Below are positions 1 to 12,583 of a DNA stretch of 64,000 nucleotides, one piece after another. Position 1 is the stretch's first letter, and the number at the start of each line of letters is the position of its first letter. The DNA is taken from contig NMRA01000100.1 in assembly GCA_002633005.1 (NCBI GenBank), forward strand, positions 268,497 to 332,496. Reading direction: 5' to 3'. The DNA is from Phoronis australis. Lineage: Eukaryota > Animalia > Phoronida. The notes below the pieces were generated by a model. That model had not been told where the DNA came from and made no database searches. It saw nothing but the letters and a program-made list of their open reading frames with translations. The translations under genes were made by a program, and so were the position numbers.

Positions 1-137
1 AGATAGGACTTGAAATCTTGAATAAGAATACAGCTTCGACTTAACAAATTACCTGAAACCCTCCTCAAGTTCTCCAAATAGTGTCTCTAAGATTTTTAAG
101 TTCTTGTGGAATCTGGATTAACTGCAGATTAAAGTCC
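1..137. repeat. Dispersed direct repeat, near-identical to 1918-2053
   Basis: agatagg(a/g)cttgaaatcttgaataagaatacag...ctgcagattaa(a)gtcc is present at both sites with one substitution and one 1-bp indel. Confidence 0.9.
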
Positions 138-488
138 TTGTTGCAAACTGCCCATGTGGTTCTAGTATCCGAAAATACTTACTACATAAATTCTTTTTTT
201 CGACACCCTTTCTTTATATTCTTTTCGCCTTTCTTGCCAAAAGCGATTTTTTAACAGTATTTGACCCTTCTCTCTGAGCGTATGATTACCGGTTGTCATC
301 GGTTATTTCCGTACCCACATTTCCGGCTCATCAGTTCAGGAACTTGTCCTGAACGCCGCCATTTTTTCCTTGTAACTGAATGTGCTATGGCTTGCTCGAA
401 AAGTCTTCATTATTTTGTTTTATTAGTAATATATCGTGATTCGTTTGCATATGTAGTGTATTTATAGTTTGTAGTTAGTGGTCGTTGA

Positions 489-589
489 NNNNNNNNNNNN
501 NNNNNNNNNNNNNNNNNNNNNNNNNNNNNNNNNNNNNNNNNNNNNNNNNNNNNNNNNNNNNNNNNNNNNNNNNNNNNNNNNNNNNNNNN
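489..589. other. Assembly gap (N run)
   Basis: Run of N. Confidence 1.
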
Positions 590-1000
590 TGTAAAGTTAT
601 TGCAAGTTTTGTGGCGAAATTTGGGTCACTTTGTTTGGATCGCGTCGGCCATATTGGAGGACAGCGGGATAAGTTACGAGTTTAAAACTTTAGGTAAATT
701 GTTTTCGCCAACAAATTACGGTGAAATTTAGTTAGACATATCTTTACTTACTATTCTGCACGATTCAACAGTGTTCACCAAATTTCAGCCACGCAGTTGT
801 TACTCATTAAGAGATAAATGTGCTCACATTCCCGTTGGACTTCGTCTCATTTCTGGCGGCACCTACAATGTCGACTTTTGCTGAACTGAAAGGCACGTTC
901 AGTCGGCTACTTTGTAATTTGTGAAGACTTAACGTTGATACATTTTGACAAACGTTGCTACAAAAAAGAAACTTTGTTAAATTTTCGTGTTTTTGTGTTT
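590..1000 (+). mobile_element. Fragment of the same repeat family as 55513-55910 (Kolobok-like element)
   Basis: Collinear similarity: aaagttattgcaa..gaaatttgggt..gtcggccat(a/c)ttgga..tttcgccaa..gattcaacag..gataaatgtgctc..ttcccgttggac..ttgatacattttga. Confidence 0.75.
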
Positions 1001-1044
1001 GAGGCCAGCGACCAGTTAGGCCTAAGGTAGTCTTGACGCAAAGC

Positions 1045-1200
1045 TGGCGTGCGTTTAGTAGACGCTAGGACCTACGCTAGAACCTTGCAAAATCCTAGTC
1101 AAAGTCACATGTTCTCAGTTAAAACACACGGCAATATCTCACGTAATCTCGCGAAGTCTTGCTTCTTAGCGAGGTCCTAGCGCTACTGAACGGGAGGCTG
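1045..1200 (+). mobile_element. Small MITE-like repeat; second copy at about 40044-40178
   Basis: Shared tggcgtgcgtt(t/c)agtagacgctaggacct...aaagtcacatgttct...gcaatatctcacgtaatctcg...tgaacgggaggctg; imperfect terminal inverted repeats. Confidence 0.7.
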
Positions 1201-1917
1201 TATAGGCCTACTAACAAGCTGTATTTTGACTATGTCTTCACTGGTAGCTGGTGACTGAGGCTAACTAAGGTCTGACCCCCAGTGTGACACAGGACTAACC
1301 AGCCCGTAATTTCATGCAAGTGTCTGAAACTACCCTTGAATATATGCAGCATTTANATATTCACTGCACGAACCGGCTGGGGCTGGATCGTCGACAACTG
1401 GAGCAAGGGAAACGGTTCTACTAGAGAGAAGGTCTGTCGCCTCCTCCTCCACATCCGAAACGTCAGAATCGTCTGAAAACTCCACCTGACCCTCCCTGTA
1501 TCTTTCAAAATATTCTTCATCTACGCTGCTGTACTCACTGGGATCCGTTTCTATTTTCCGTTACAACAATGGCGTTACAACGCCACGGCAACAAATATGT
1601 AAATAACTTTTTATAGCGACGTACAATTCAGTTAATATTAAGAATATAGTAATAATAACTATAAACATGAATTTAGAGCATATTGTTGTCCAGATTGGTT
1701 GAGACCTTGCAATTTACACTTTAACGTACCGGCGTACACTATATGCATTAACGCGCTAAGATAAAGCGTGCAGAATATTATTATTTACTTTCTACAAAAT
1801 TGTGGTTCACTGCTATCAAAATTCGCTGTTAAATTACAATCATTTTTCAGAAAATTCTGCTGAAATCCCAGGGCGAATTCTCACCGACAAATGCGTAGCT
1901 GCCGGTCTCGCAATCGT

Positions 1918-2053
1918 AGATAGGGCTTGAAATCTTGAATAAGAATACAGCTTCGACTTAACAAATTACCTGAAACCCTCCTCAAGTTCTCCAAATAGTG
2001 TCTCTAAGATTTTTAAGTTCTTGTGGAATCTGGATTAACTGCAGATTAAGTCC
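1918..2053. repeat. Dispersed direct repeat, copy of 1-137
   Basis: Direct sequence comparison. Confidence 0.9.
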
Positions 2054-2699
2054 AAATCTACGCTAGATTGTAGCGCGCAACACGAGAAAAATCTCTGGAG
2101 GTACACACACGTTGTTGTCACGTGACGTTTGTCTTGAAGTTTGTATGCGTGTGTGTGAGAGTAAGCGTGCGTGTGCTTGTCATCAGAGTTCATTTTGCAG
2201 GAGTAAATGCGATGTAATGATCTAGGTGTGCATTGTATCCAAAGAAATTAACTCAAGCAGTCAAGTAGAGCGTGTTTTAATATTTAGCTTAGCATTTGCT
2301 GGCCTCATCTGCTAAAAAACGTTCGAGAATTGTTTCGGTAAGACCGATACATTGTATGTCACTCATTGAGTCGCCGGGTGAGTGAACGCGTGACCGTAGT
2401 GTAACAGCTATTTTCCGGAAGATTCGGGGTGTAAGGGTGCGAATGTATTCACTATCAGTGGGTCATTTTGACTTTAAAAACACCAATTATGATTAGTTAA
2501 ATAATTTCTCTCAAAAATAATGAATTTTTTTCACACTATTAGAAACTTTCGGAAATTAGTGCCAATATTTATTTCTTGCCTACGCTATGTTACCCGTTTC
2601 ATGAATAGATAGTTCCCGTCTAAATGTCTACGATGACAGCCGGTACATTATGCAGCGCGCGCTTCTTGCGCGCGTGCTAACACTAGTCGATTTTTTTGT

Positions 2700-3095
2700 T
2701 AGTCTTCGATTCACGGTTTTTACGTGTACAAAGAAGTTTGGATTCCAGTTGTGGTCGGAGAAGATCTGTACCAGAAAGAAACAATGCAATCCCGCTGACA
2801 AGTACGCTGCGTCTGTTTTCAAAGTCCAGACCTGCGTAGTGGGGACATCCCTCGCAAGAGCAGCAAAACTTTTGCGTTCTTTTTGAATAAGTTTGAAGTG
2901 TGTACGGACATAACGGTGGGGCTCGTGGTCTACAAATTCAGGACTGTCGGATCTTTCAACTGATAAATTGAAGACGTTAGAACGGTAGGTAAGGCATTTT
3001 CGCATGTAGTTCATTGGATGGGCGCTTATTTAGCGAAGTCTGAAAACGCGTTGGGGCATTTATTGGGGCATTGGCGCTTATTAGGGCGAATAGCG
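2700..3095 (+). pseudogene. Frameshifted HIRAN-domain remnant, probably inside a DNA transposon relic
   Basis: Across frames: HGFYVYKEVWIPVVVGEDL / NPADKYAASVFK / VVG-IPRKSSKTFAFFL, matching the HIRAN pattern G-(Y/F)-H-V-Y..W.P..GE.L...N..D.YAV.V....VGH(I/V)PR. Followed by ggcgcttatt subterminal repeats and a terminus-like agggcgaatagcgg. Confidence 0.55.
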
Positions 3096-5680
3096 GCAGT
3101 TTTACATACATCAGCGTAGTTTAATGCACACAAATCACACGTCGTGAAAACCAATCGGCCATTCCACATATCCTAATCAATCACAATAGCCTTTGCGCAC
3201 CCTAATTTCCGGACATGCGCAATCGTTAAATCGATTCGGTTGCAACTCCGCTATTGGGAATGTACATTCTCAAGCTGATGGCAAGAACATAGTTTTAGTG
3301 AAATTCACCAAAACAAGAATTACAAAATCGAAGTTGGGATGTGCCGCCAAATCGGTTGCATATTTTGCCTTCTATGGTATTTTTGCAGGTTGATATTTTG
3401 TGCCATGGTGCCATGTTGGGTAGGTACATTGTACTTTGTCCCCCGGTGGGTATTTTGCCCACTCAGGCAGGCCCAGGGGAAGGAAAATTTTATGGTGGGG
3501 AGGGGCCCAACTAATTCAACTTCGCCAATTTTAACACCTCTCGCGGTGCCGAATTTCAGAAACCTCCCTAACCGCATGGCCACTTCTGTATCCTCGCCGT
3601 TGGCAGTTTTGCACGCATACCCATAGGCCTACATATCTTGTTGTTTGTGGGCAAACCCCGGGAAGGAACCACCAAAAACTTTGCTACCCTTGTTTCAACA
3701 ACTTTAAGCTTTAAAAAATTCAATAGAAAGAATAGTTTTGTACCTGAACTCGCTCAAGGGATTTTGACTTTTCATGGTGTAGATTTCTGAAATAGGCTAC
3801 TAGGGTGGGTGCAGAAAAGATTCACTGCCAAAATTACATTTTAACAGTGTACAAGTAACTTAACATTAACCTTTGCGGCGAACAACGAAAGTCACTGAAT
3901 CACGGGGACAAATAATATCACATCTGAATCTAATGAACAAAACATTGGGAAACTTTGGCAATAGTTTCACTCTTCGTGGCGAGTGAAAACGAGACCTAAG
4001 GTCGTCAAGATTCACTTCAGTAGGGACCATTTGGGAAAGAGGCTATTCAAAATCCGTCAGTTATTGAAACACATGTGAATGAGTTCTGGTTTAGGGCCTT
4101 ATTGACCACTGGTAAGTCTGAGTTTAGCCAAAATACCTGCAAAACAGTAGATTTAACTGGGGTAAAATGTCAATTTTAAAAAAGTAAAAACTGTCAAATT
4201 TGTCTTTTGACATAAATCGGGTCACCTTTACCATGTCTTTTTGTTAAAGTTTAAAGAAAAGGCTACAGCAGTACCAATAACATGTTGAAACGCGGTTTGA
4301 TGTAAATGTTCAACGTAAAATTTAGAAAACGTTGTTACAGGTTTTTAAATCACCATTTCGTTTTCGTTTGATGCGACTTTGAATTCGCTAATAAAAATCT
4401 TAAAAGTCCTATTTTTGATGGTCCGTCATGCAAATGTAAATTATAATTTCATCGTTTTGGAGAACAGTGACATGAAGCAACTTCATATGAATACGATTTG
4501 CCATTCCTGAGGTATGATATTAGTCACATTTGGTCAATAAGTTTTTGTTGAATCCTACATACATATATGGGGTATAAAAGTAATGATATTGCCCCGTGCC
4601 GCCCCTCCAAGAGAGGACCTCTTCGGAAATGGCCATTAGATTGCATAGAATACGTCGAACCTGTCCACAACTGAATGGGACTGCATTGTCATCTCTCTTA
4701 TACAAAACGGCTTGCTAACTTTCCTGAATATTCGTCAGCAAACTCCAAAGATACATAGGCAAACGTGAAAAAAAAAAACTTACCATTAGGAACCAAAGAG
4801 CCCGTAGTCAGATCCGTCCATTTGTTATTAATTTGATAGGAATACACGTGCGAAAGATATTCTGTTTGCTAATGCCATATTTTAACCTGAATTTATGTAA
4901 TCTAGAGTGAAATGGCATTCAGATTATCGGTTATAGTCTCCTTTCTTGCACGGGCAGTTGTGAATTTGTGATTTTACATGTAGGTGAAAATATGGCAAAA
5001 ATCACCCTTTTGGCCACTTCTGCCATTTCAAATTTTTCTCAGTGGACGTAGCGAAGTAAAAAATAGCACGATTTTGTTGAATTTTTTCATTGTTAAGAAA
5101 CCCCAGTTAAGCCTTTTTTCAAGTGACTTGAGACAGCGTGCAAACAAGGGCTTTCATTGACCCAGACCAGTGGCAACGTCAAAATCAACCACTCGAGCTG
5201 TGTTCCGGAAATTGGCGCCTCTTTTGGGAATGCCATATGAAAGTATCGGAGTTCGGAACTATTGTATATGATCTATGATTGCACCATTGAGCAATGACGA
5301 AATACAGTAACTGTTCAAGAATTTTCGAGTTTTATATATGTTTGCTCTAAAGACATTCATTATGAGGGCGCCCATAGAATGCAGTGAGAACTGATGGGGC
5401 TATCGTCATTGTAAATATTACAATGATAAATAAATATCCTCTCTGAAAAGATGATTGGACATGGAAACAAACATGTGTCCAGTTAGTGTTTTCGGCATTG
5501 ATGAATCAAATGATAATTTGCAAGTCTACTGAAAAATGCAAGTCATTACTTAGAACATAGTTCTATTGCAGTGCATCACCCTCAAAGCATATGTTCAATT
5601 ATGTGAAATGGTAGGTGAGAATGAAGATTCTGCTATTTGCTGTGTTTTTAATTTTTATAAAAATCATCAAAAGGTGATCT

Positions 5681-5760
5681 GATGTGTGGGATTTGAACTC
5701 TCATTGCATACGAACCTGGTTGTGACTATGGTCTAGTGATTTTGCCATTAGACCATGAGG
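5681..5760 (-). mobile_element. Degenerate tRNA-derived SINE head / tRNA-like relic
   Basis: Minus strand has an A-box-like TGGTCTAATGG and a B-box-like GAGTTCAAATCCC at tRNA-like spacing; no intact cloverleaf. Confidence 0.5.
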
Positions 5761-6540
5761 TTGTTGATGAATTTTTCGTGCAATCGGTTGCGCAATCATT
5801 CCTTCTTGTTTGTATATACTTACCGATGCAATTGTTTTGATGGACCGCCCAATCACTTGCTAGATTTGTGGGTCATTGTGTGTGATTTGTTCTAGTTTAT
5901 TCCCACTAGTTTTGACCACTCATTGCCCCATTCAATCATTTCACTAGTGCTGAGCACAACATTGTGGAAGAATTTTTGTCTGACTATCACAAAATCCAAA
6001 ATTTATTTTTGTGAAATTATTTTCCTTAAGGTAATGTCGAATGGTAAGAAGATTTAGAAATAGTGTGATTGGATTTGTGTTACTATTTATGTCACGAGAC
6101 CAGCAAAAGTGGCGAATCAGAAACACTTTCCTATGACATATCACAGCCGTGATTACAGTGTCTACCAATGAAATCTCATTTCCAATATATATATTGGCTT
6201 CAACGCCACAAGCATCACGCCTTGACCACCACGAAATCGTTGCAAAACTAGACAGTACCGAAACCGAATACTAAACGCGTGATAAATGACTTTAGTCAGT
6301 TATGCTAAAGACACTTCAGAAAATCTGAGATGCTGCAATTAAAGTGCCTCGTAAATGAAGTCCAGTGCCACAGGATGAGCTCCTACTCACCAGAGTAGGT
6401 AAATTTGTGACTGAGTAGAGTAGGACCAGCCGCGTAGTGAAATCATATGCGATGTTCACCGACGAGAATTTGGTGACAGTTTTCACCCAAGCAGAAAGTG
6501 TAAATACCCTGACGCTGAACACCTGAAATATCAGTCAGTC

Positions 6541-6738
6541 CAGTGGCGTAGCGAGCACCAGCCCTTTACTCCCCTCCCCCTCCGTCGACACCTCAAATGG
6601 CATCCCCCACTCCTCCCCCTAGTCGGTAGCTGTGCAATCCACAGTGAAACTGGCGCCCCTCCTTGAAACATGTTTGTCAAACCCCTTCGGCAGGCGCCCG
6701 GGGACACCTGACGCCCCCCCTCCCTTGCTAAACCACAG
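6541..6738. mobile_element. Non-autonomous hAT-type MITE with 8-bp TSD
   Basis: Termini cagtggcgtagc...gctaaaccacag; flanks agtcagtc / aggcagtc (7/8 match). Confidence 0.6.
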
Positions 6739-8559
6739 AGGCAGTCACTAGGTATGTTTGAAATCCAGACCATTGCTTGTGTCGTACTTTGTTGACCTAA
6801 TGTATGTCATGAATTGATTCATTTATAAAATTGTCTTTCGTGAATTGTTTTTCGACCCGGGGATGCAAATACGAAATTTCTGGCGACCGGTGGAGATTAA
6901 AAGTCATAGCAGCCTGCGGGGACATTGCAATATGAATGAAAAATTACAATGAGTGTTGACCGAGTTAACGATTTTTTGTACTGAACAGAGGGCCATAGCC
7001 TCCGTGGGTGTCTTTTTTCCTTTGTCACTGGCTCTCACAACGAAAATCAAAAAACGGACGCAAGGCAGATTCGTCTTCTAGTCCGGTCTACAATCTCCAT
7101 GTAGACAAACAGCCACGGCATCTATCATATAGAACTCATGCCAGTTATAACTTATGTATATAATTTTTTGTAATAAGCAATAATGATCAGTGTAGTTTTC
7201 ACAGAATGGCAATTACCGGGATTTTCCGCAGATAAGTCCACCCGATGAAACGTCTATGGGCGTTTACTTGGTGTTAGAACTCCTGGTGTCAAGTGTCCAT
7301 TTGGTGGGGCATTTATTCGGAAAATTTCCTCACAAAAGTAGGACCAAGAGCGATTCGTCTAAAGCTTCGTACGCAAAAAGTACGGGAGAGCCAAGTTTTT
7401 ATTTTAGGTTATGAACAGGTTAGGAGCGACTGAATGAATTATTAGACGGTCTATTTTTGGAAAGGAGCAATATGGCTGCTGCAAAGTTTCAAATTAGGCC
7501 ACAAATGGCTTCAATGAAAACCTTCAAAATAGCCGTGTTTGTCACGCAAAATCAAAGCATGCAAATTTGAAAAAGAATTTTCGAAGTTGTGTCTTTTCTT
7601 AAGTTCAATAGATCGATGTCAACAAATGATAATGCTAAATTATTTAACCTATATAAATATGTATTTATGCTTTTGAATCCGTGATAGCTTGCTGCACTCC
7701 CAAGTAGGCCCTAAGTTACATATTGTTTTTCTGTACAGTAGGCTTATGGCCTTTATTACAGAAATAAATTGATTGAATTTCAAAAACGGAAAAAGCGGCA
7801 GACGACAACATTTTCCCTTTCTTCAGACTGAAGAGTTCCTGGATAAATAGTCATAGATTCAGTAAAAGATAATTTCTTATCTTCAAGTAGATAATTTCGT
7901 ATTTTGAAAATTTTAACAAGTTTGTTGTCTGTGCATAAAGGTTTCTTCGGACTTGAAAGCACATTTTTAACCGCGTGTTAGACGATACAGACTGCCTCAG
8001 AAATAAACCCTGGGCAAATCCCCCAAAGGTAATTGACAATAACTTGTTTCTTTTCTACCTGTTTTGCTGCTAATTTGTTTCCTCGAATATCCGGGCTCTG
8101 TGCCCATGCCAACAGTCGCCACGGGTTCACCATAACGCCTGGAAATTTTGTGTGGGGAAATAAAAACGTCAGTCGTGCATCTCAATTTAGCAAACTATGA
8201 AACTGACTTTAATGTTTAAGGGTTGTTGAGGGTTTACAAAGCGTTATTTTGTTACAGATATTTACGTTTCATTAAATGCCTTAAACTGGGCTCAGTGTTG
8301 GACACTTGCTTTTGTACCGTGAACGAAACAAGAACATTGCTTTACCAGTTTTACGTCCGACGGTTTCGCAAATAAACTCGACAACAAAAGTCCAGTAAAA
8401 ACGGGAGTATATTTCAAATGAAATAGCTAAACTAAATGATAACTTAAGTGATAAATCAAAAAGAGAAATAATAAGTAAAGACTGTGTTAGGGAAACTTAA
8501 TACAAAAAATATGAGTTATTTATAAACGTCAGACGAAAAGGCAACGATTCGACAGGCTC

Positions 8560-9345
8560 TGGTGGGTTTTCGAGACTGTGTAACCTCTGGAGGATTAGGT
8601 CGGAGTTGGGAAAGTCGGCTGGAAACTTGAGCCTGAATCCTGTCACGGGTGTGTGACAGACTGAATCTCCAGCCTCCTGTTCGGACTTCAATTCTTTCAT
8701 GAATACCCTCATTGACTCCTCATTCAAACCAATAGCTCCCCTTGTCGCTGATTAGTACATTGTCGAAGTCAAAGCTGTAACCAGATCCCTAACAATGAAT
8801 AAACACGGCAGAGTCACGTGTCACCGTAGTTAGGAGACGAAGCTGACACAACCGTGCATTCAAGGACTGCTTAATTTCACCTACACAAGTTACAGGGCAC
8901 TCTCCACACTGTATTCCATTAACCACATTAGCTATCCTTTCCTTAGGTTGTTTGTCCTTAGAGTGCACGAGTTTTAGTCTAGAAGTGCCAACAGGTTTGA
9001 AAGAGGTGGCAATAACAAATTCCTGAAAACCGATGGCAATTGTTCAGAAGGTCTATTCCACATATGAAATATATATCCTTGCCCATGGTTGATCTGGTTG
9101 AGGAACGTCAATGTTGTTAATTCCCAACCTTGGTGTTCTACGGGTAGCCTTGCCAAAGGCCAAACGTGGGTATCCGCACATTTCCAAAGAGTTACGAAGT
9201 CTGTGTTTTTCTAATGTCCTGTCGTCAGAGACAGTCAGGTCCGCACGGTGATACAAGAGACGAATTACACCAAGTTTGAACAAAATGGGATGTTGAAAGC
9301 TGAACTGTAAATTGTGAGACTCTAGAGATAGATTTATCAAGAGAT
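8560..9345 (-). mobile_element. Penelope-like retroelement remnant (RT thumb + GIY-YIG endonuclease)
   Basis: HPILFKLGVIRLLYHRA...LEMCGYP...ARIYISYVE, followed by degraded HSKDKQPKE / IQCGECPVTCVGEIKQSLNARL and YWFE*GVNEGIHER motifs typical of PLE C-termini. Confidence 0.85.
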
Positions 9346-10528
9346 CTAGGTATGGGCAGGCAGAAGTGGAATCCCCAGGTGGTTAACAAAACAGATAGCC
9401 GCGTCCAGNAAAGAACAATTACAGGTGAGATGTGCTGAGTTTTTGAAGTCGCCTATGTTGCAATAGATATCTTCGTCTCACACTTTTACAAAAGGTTGCT
9501 GAGAAGTCCTTTGGGCAGACTTTGGACAACATTCATTTTTTAGGCTGTCGTTTTTGAGAAGTTTATTCAGGACATAAATATTTATTTGTCTTCAAAACAT
9601 CTCGCGAAGACTCCAGGCAGTCATGCTCAATTTGCAAAAAGAATTCATTAGACCATTGTGTCAGCAACATTATTGTGTCAATTTTATGAACTTTGGAGAC
9701 AGTTTAACATGCCAGAAGTACCAAATTTGAGCTTTGGCCGGGCATGATGCAAAGTTATCATGGAATAATATTAAAAGATGTATTAAAAATTTTTGTTATT
9801 TCAGAACGTATTCTTTTATTGGACACAACATGAAAATCCCATCATATTTTGTGCTCACTTTGTGTACATGCAATATCGCTTTAAGAAATTTACCTCTCTG
9901 TGTGTAGTTTTGCTCACGGTATGAATCATACATCTGACGTGCTCTTAAACACTAAATGCTGTTTGTAACACTGAAGTGATAGTGGAATCTCTACATCATT
10001 TCTAGGAATACTTAGTGATCTTGACTTGATCAACCACTTCCTGCTCTGCCTTTCTTGTTCTGACTTATCTCGGTACTTGACATGGCGTCAGGAAATCGAA
10101 TTTGATTTGTGACATTCTTTGATGATATTAACAGAACTTGAGTTTTAACATGATACCTAAAACCACAGAGGCGTCATTTCTTCTGTCAGTATTTTGAAAA
10201 CCCCTGTTTAAATTGAATTTCATTGAGATTGACTTGCGTACCATTATGGGCTTGGAGGGGATAACTAGTCCAAACACAGTGGCTTAGAATTTTGCGGAGA
10301 TTTGTAAATTATGGGTATCATTCACATGCATTAGGCATTTTGGAACTATCATACAAGGTCAGTGAAAGCAGTTCTTTGTTAACCATGTAACTAACCACAG
10401 CTAAATGATGGGTTTATTGTGCTGGCTGAGAATATAATTGGTTTATTACCCTCTATGGAGTCTGGATAGCAGAGCCCAACTGACAGCTCGGCATATGGCT
10501 TACTGTGACTGACCTTCACTGTGTGCAG

Positions 10529-10735
10529 GTGATGAAGCAGTTTCGTATGGGTGGCTACAACACGCTGGTCGCCACATGTGTTGGGGAGGAAGGGTTGGAC
10601 ATTGGCGACGTCGACCTGATCGTCTGTTTCGACGCCTCTAAGAGCCCCATACGACTTGTGCAGCGGATGGGTCGGACAGGAAGGAAACGTACGGGACGGA
10701 TAGTGATGCTGGTCACCGAGGGAAAGGAGGAGCAG
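10529..10735 (+). CDS. FANCM: FANCM helicase exon (helicase C domain, motifs V-VI)
   Basis: tgtgtgcag|GTG...GAGCAG|gtgga; 207 bp, phase 0/0. [69 protein letters not shown] is the Mph1/FANCM signature. Confidence 0.95.
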
Positions 10736-10869
10736 GTGGACTGTGTTGTTGTTGTTGCTGTTGTTGTTATTTTGTTATTTAGCATTAGCACCATTACTTA
10801 ATTGTGATCTAGGCTCGTTAAGAGCCCCACGCACAGTGCAGCGGTGGCAGCGGCCCCACACATGTTGCA

Positions 10870-11622
10870 TATTTACAAGGCAGAGTCTATACCACATTAC
10901 ACTTGTTCGTTGGTCATGATGCAGATTTATAACCTGGGCCAGTACCACAAAGCACAATGTTCATCACTCATACTGTTGGCTTAGAATCAAAGATAGTACC
11001 ACATAACACATCTTGATCACTCAATGTGTAGATTTGCAGCCAGAGAAAGTACCATATAACTAAATGTTCATCACTGTAGGTTTACAACTGGAGATATCCC
11101 GACACATGATCATCATTCATCTTACACATTTACAACCAGAGCCAGTACTCCATAACACAATGTTCTTCACTTATCCTGCAGGTTTACAACTAGAGCCAGT
11201 ACTCNTCACTTATCCTGCAGGTTTACAACTAGAGCCAGTATTCCATAACACAATGTTCCTCACTTATCCTGCAGGTTTACAACTAGAGCCAGTACTCCAT
11301 AACACAATGTTCATCACTTATCCTGCAGGTTTACAACTAGAGCCAGTACTCCATAACACAATGTTCATCACTTATCCTGCAGGTTTATAACACCGGAGTT
11401 GGCAAAACACAATGTCATGCTCATTATCCGTCTTAAGACATTTACATTCAGAACCAGAACAACATAACACAATTATGTTAACCACTCATTCTGCAAATTT
11501 ACAAGTTACTGGAGATGGCAAAACACGTGTTCATCATTCACCATACACAATCATTTACATTCAGATCCAGTATCTCATAGCACTTGTGCATTACTTCTAC
11601 AGCTTTACAACCAGAGTCAGTA
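10870..11622 (+). repeat. 54-bp intronic minisatellite (best copies about 11127-11388) homologous to the downstream splice acceptor and exon start
   Basis: Unit cacttatcctgcaggtttacaactagagccagtactccataacacaatgttcat, with degenerate units on both sides running into ttctacag|ctttacaaccagagtcagtac. Confidence 0.9.
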
Positions 11623-11819
11623 CAGTAAGAAGAGTATTCACAAGGCCATTATGAACGGAGCCAAGTCGCTGCAGTTCTACAAGCAAAACCCACGCATGGT
11701 ACCCCTAGGTCTGGCCCCACAGTCTCACAAGATGTACATCACAGTAAAGAGCAAGTTTCAGGCTGCTACAAAAACAAGGAAGGGAGAAGAGGGTGTGGTG
11801 CCACTGGAGGGTGTGGCAG
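11603..11819 (+). CDS. FANCM: FANCM exon following the helicase C domain
   Basis: ttctacag|CTT...GCAG|gtagg. LYNQSQYSKKSIHKAIMNGAKSLQFYKQNPRMVPLGLAPQSHKMYITV continues the previous exon in phase and matches the FANCM YNQSQ..K.SI.KAI...L.FY...PRMVP.G..P..HKM.IT block. The 3' donor is less certain. Confidence 0.9.
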
Positions 11820-12583
11820 GTAGGCTGGGGGTCATTGTTGCTCTGGATGTAACACATGTCATCTTGTATGTTACTGTAAATTTTTTGTTGTATTTTGTTT
11901 GTGAGAATTTAAAGCAGGCGACTGTGAAGAGACAGAACAAGAGGCATTTGGCTGTTTGAAAAGCATATTTGTGACCCACCACCACAAAATGAGTCTTAAG
12001 TCGGAAACTATTTCCCGACCAGACTGCAAACAGTCGCTATCGGTTAAAATTAGGTCAAATTTTTTTTATTGCAGATTATGATTATTTATTCATTGTACTT
12101 CACAAAACAATACTTTAAAACAAGCAAACTTCATTTTAAATCTTATTCATTTCATTTTGAAAAACATCACCTTCTCCACGACTGCATATCTCGTGAAATT
12201 TTCATCGAAATTTGCCGGTTTTCATGTCCTCATTGCTCAGTCTTCCGATGACCCAATTCGCTCGTAAACACATCAACAGAAAGGTCAAACTCTGCTCATT
12301 ATGCATGTAGTAAGCTCTTTGAGTTTTTCGTCCAATCATTAGTCGTTATTTCACTTTTTGCATTCGGGGTATTTTCAACAGAAGTGTCACTCACCAATCT
12401 TTTAGCTACCAATGACCTTTTAACCCAATGCATCGCTGACCTCATTCGCTAGAACTAGTTAAGTGGGTGTGAAACTGTGGGGTCGCGAGGTCACGGCATG
12501 TTTTCAAGACAGTAAGATAGCTGGTCGCCGTGTAGCTGATATCTGAGTGATTAACTCTTTCCTCTGACTGCCGTATCAAGATG

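Noticed and set aside
5681-5760. Functional tRNA gene
   Set aside because: A/B boxes are present but there is no proper acceptor stem or cloverleaf; kept only as a SINE-like relic.
11064-11390. 108-aa ORF with repeated TYPAGLQLEPVLHNTMF
   Set aside because: Translation of the 54-bp intronic minisatellite, not a gene. Not CRISPR either: there are no unique spacers and the context is eukaryotic.
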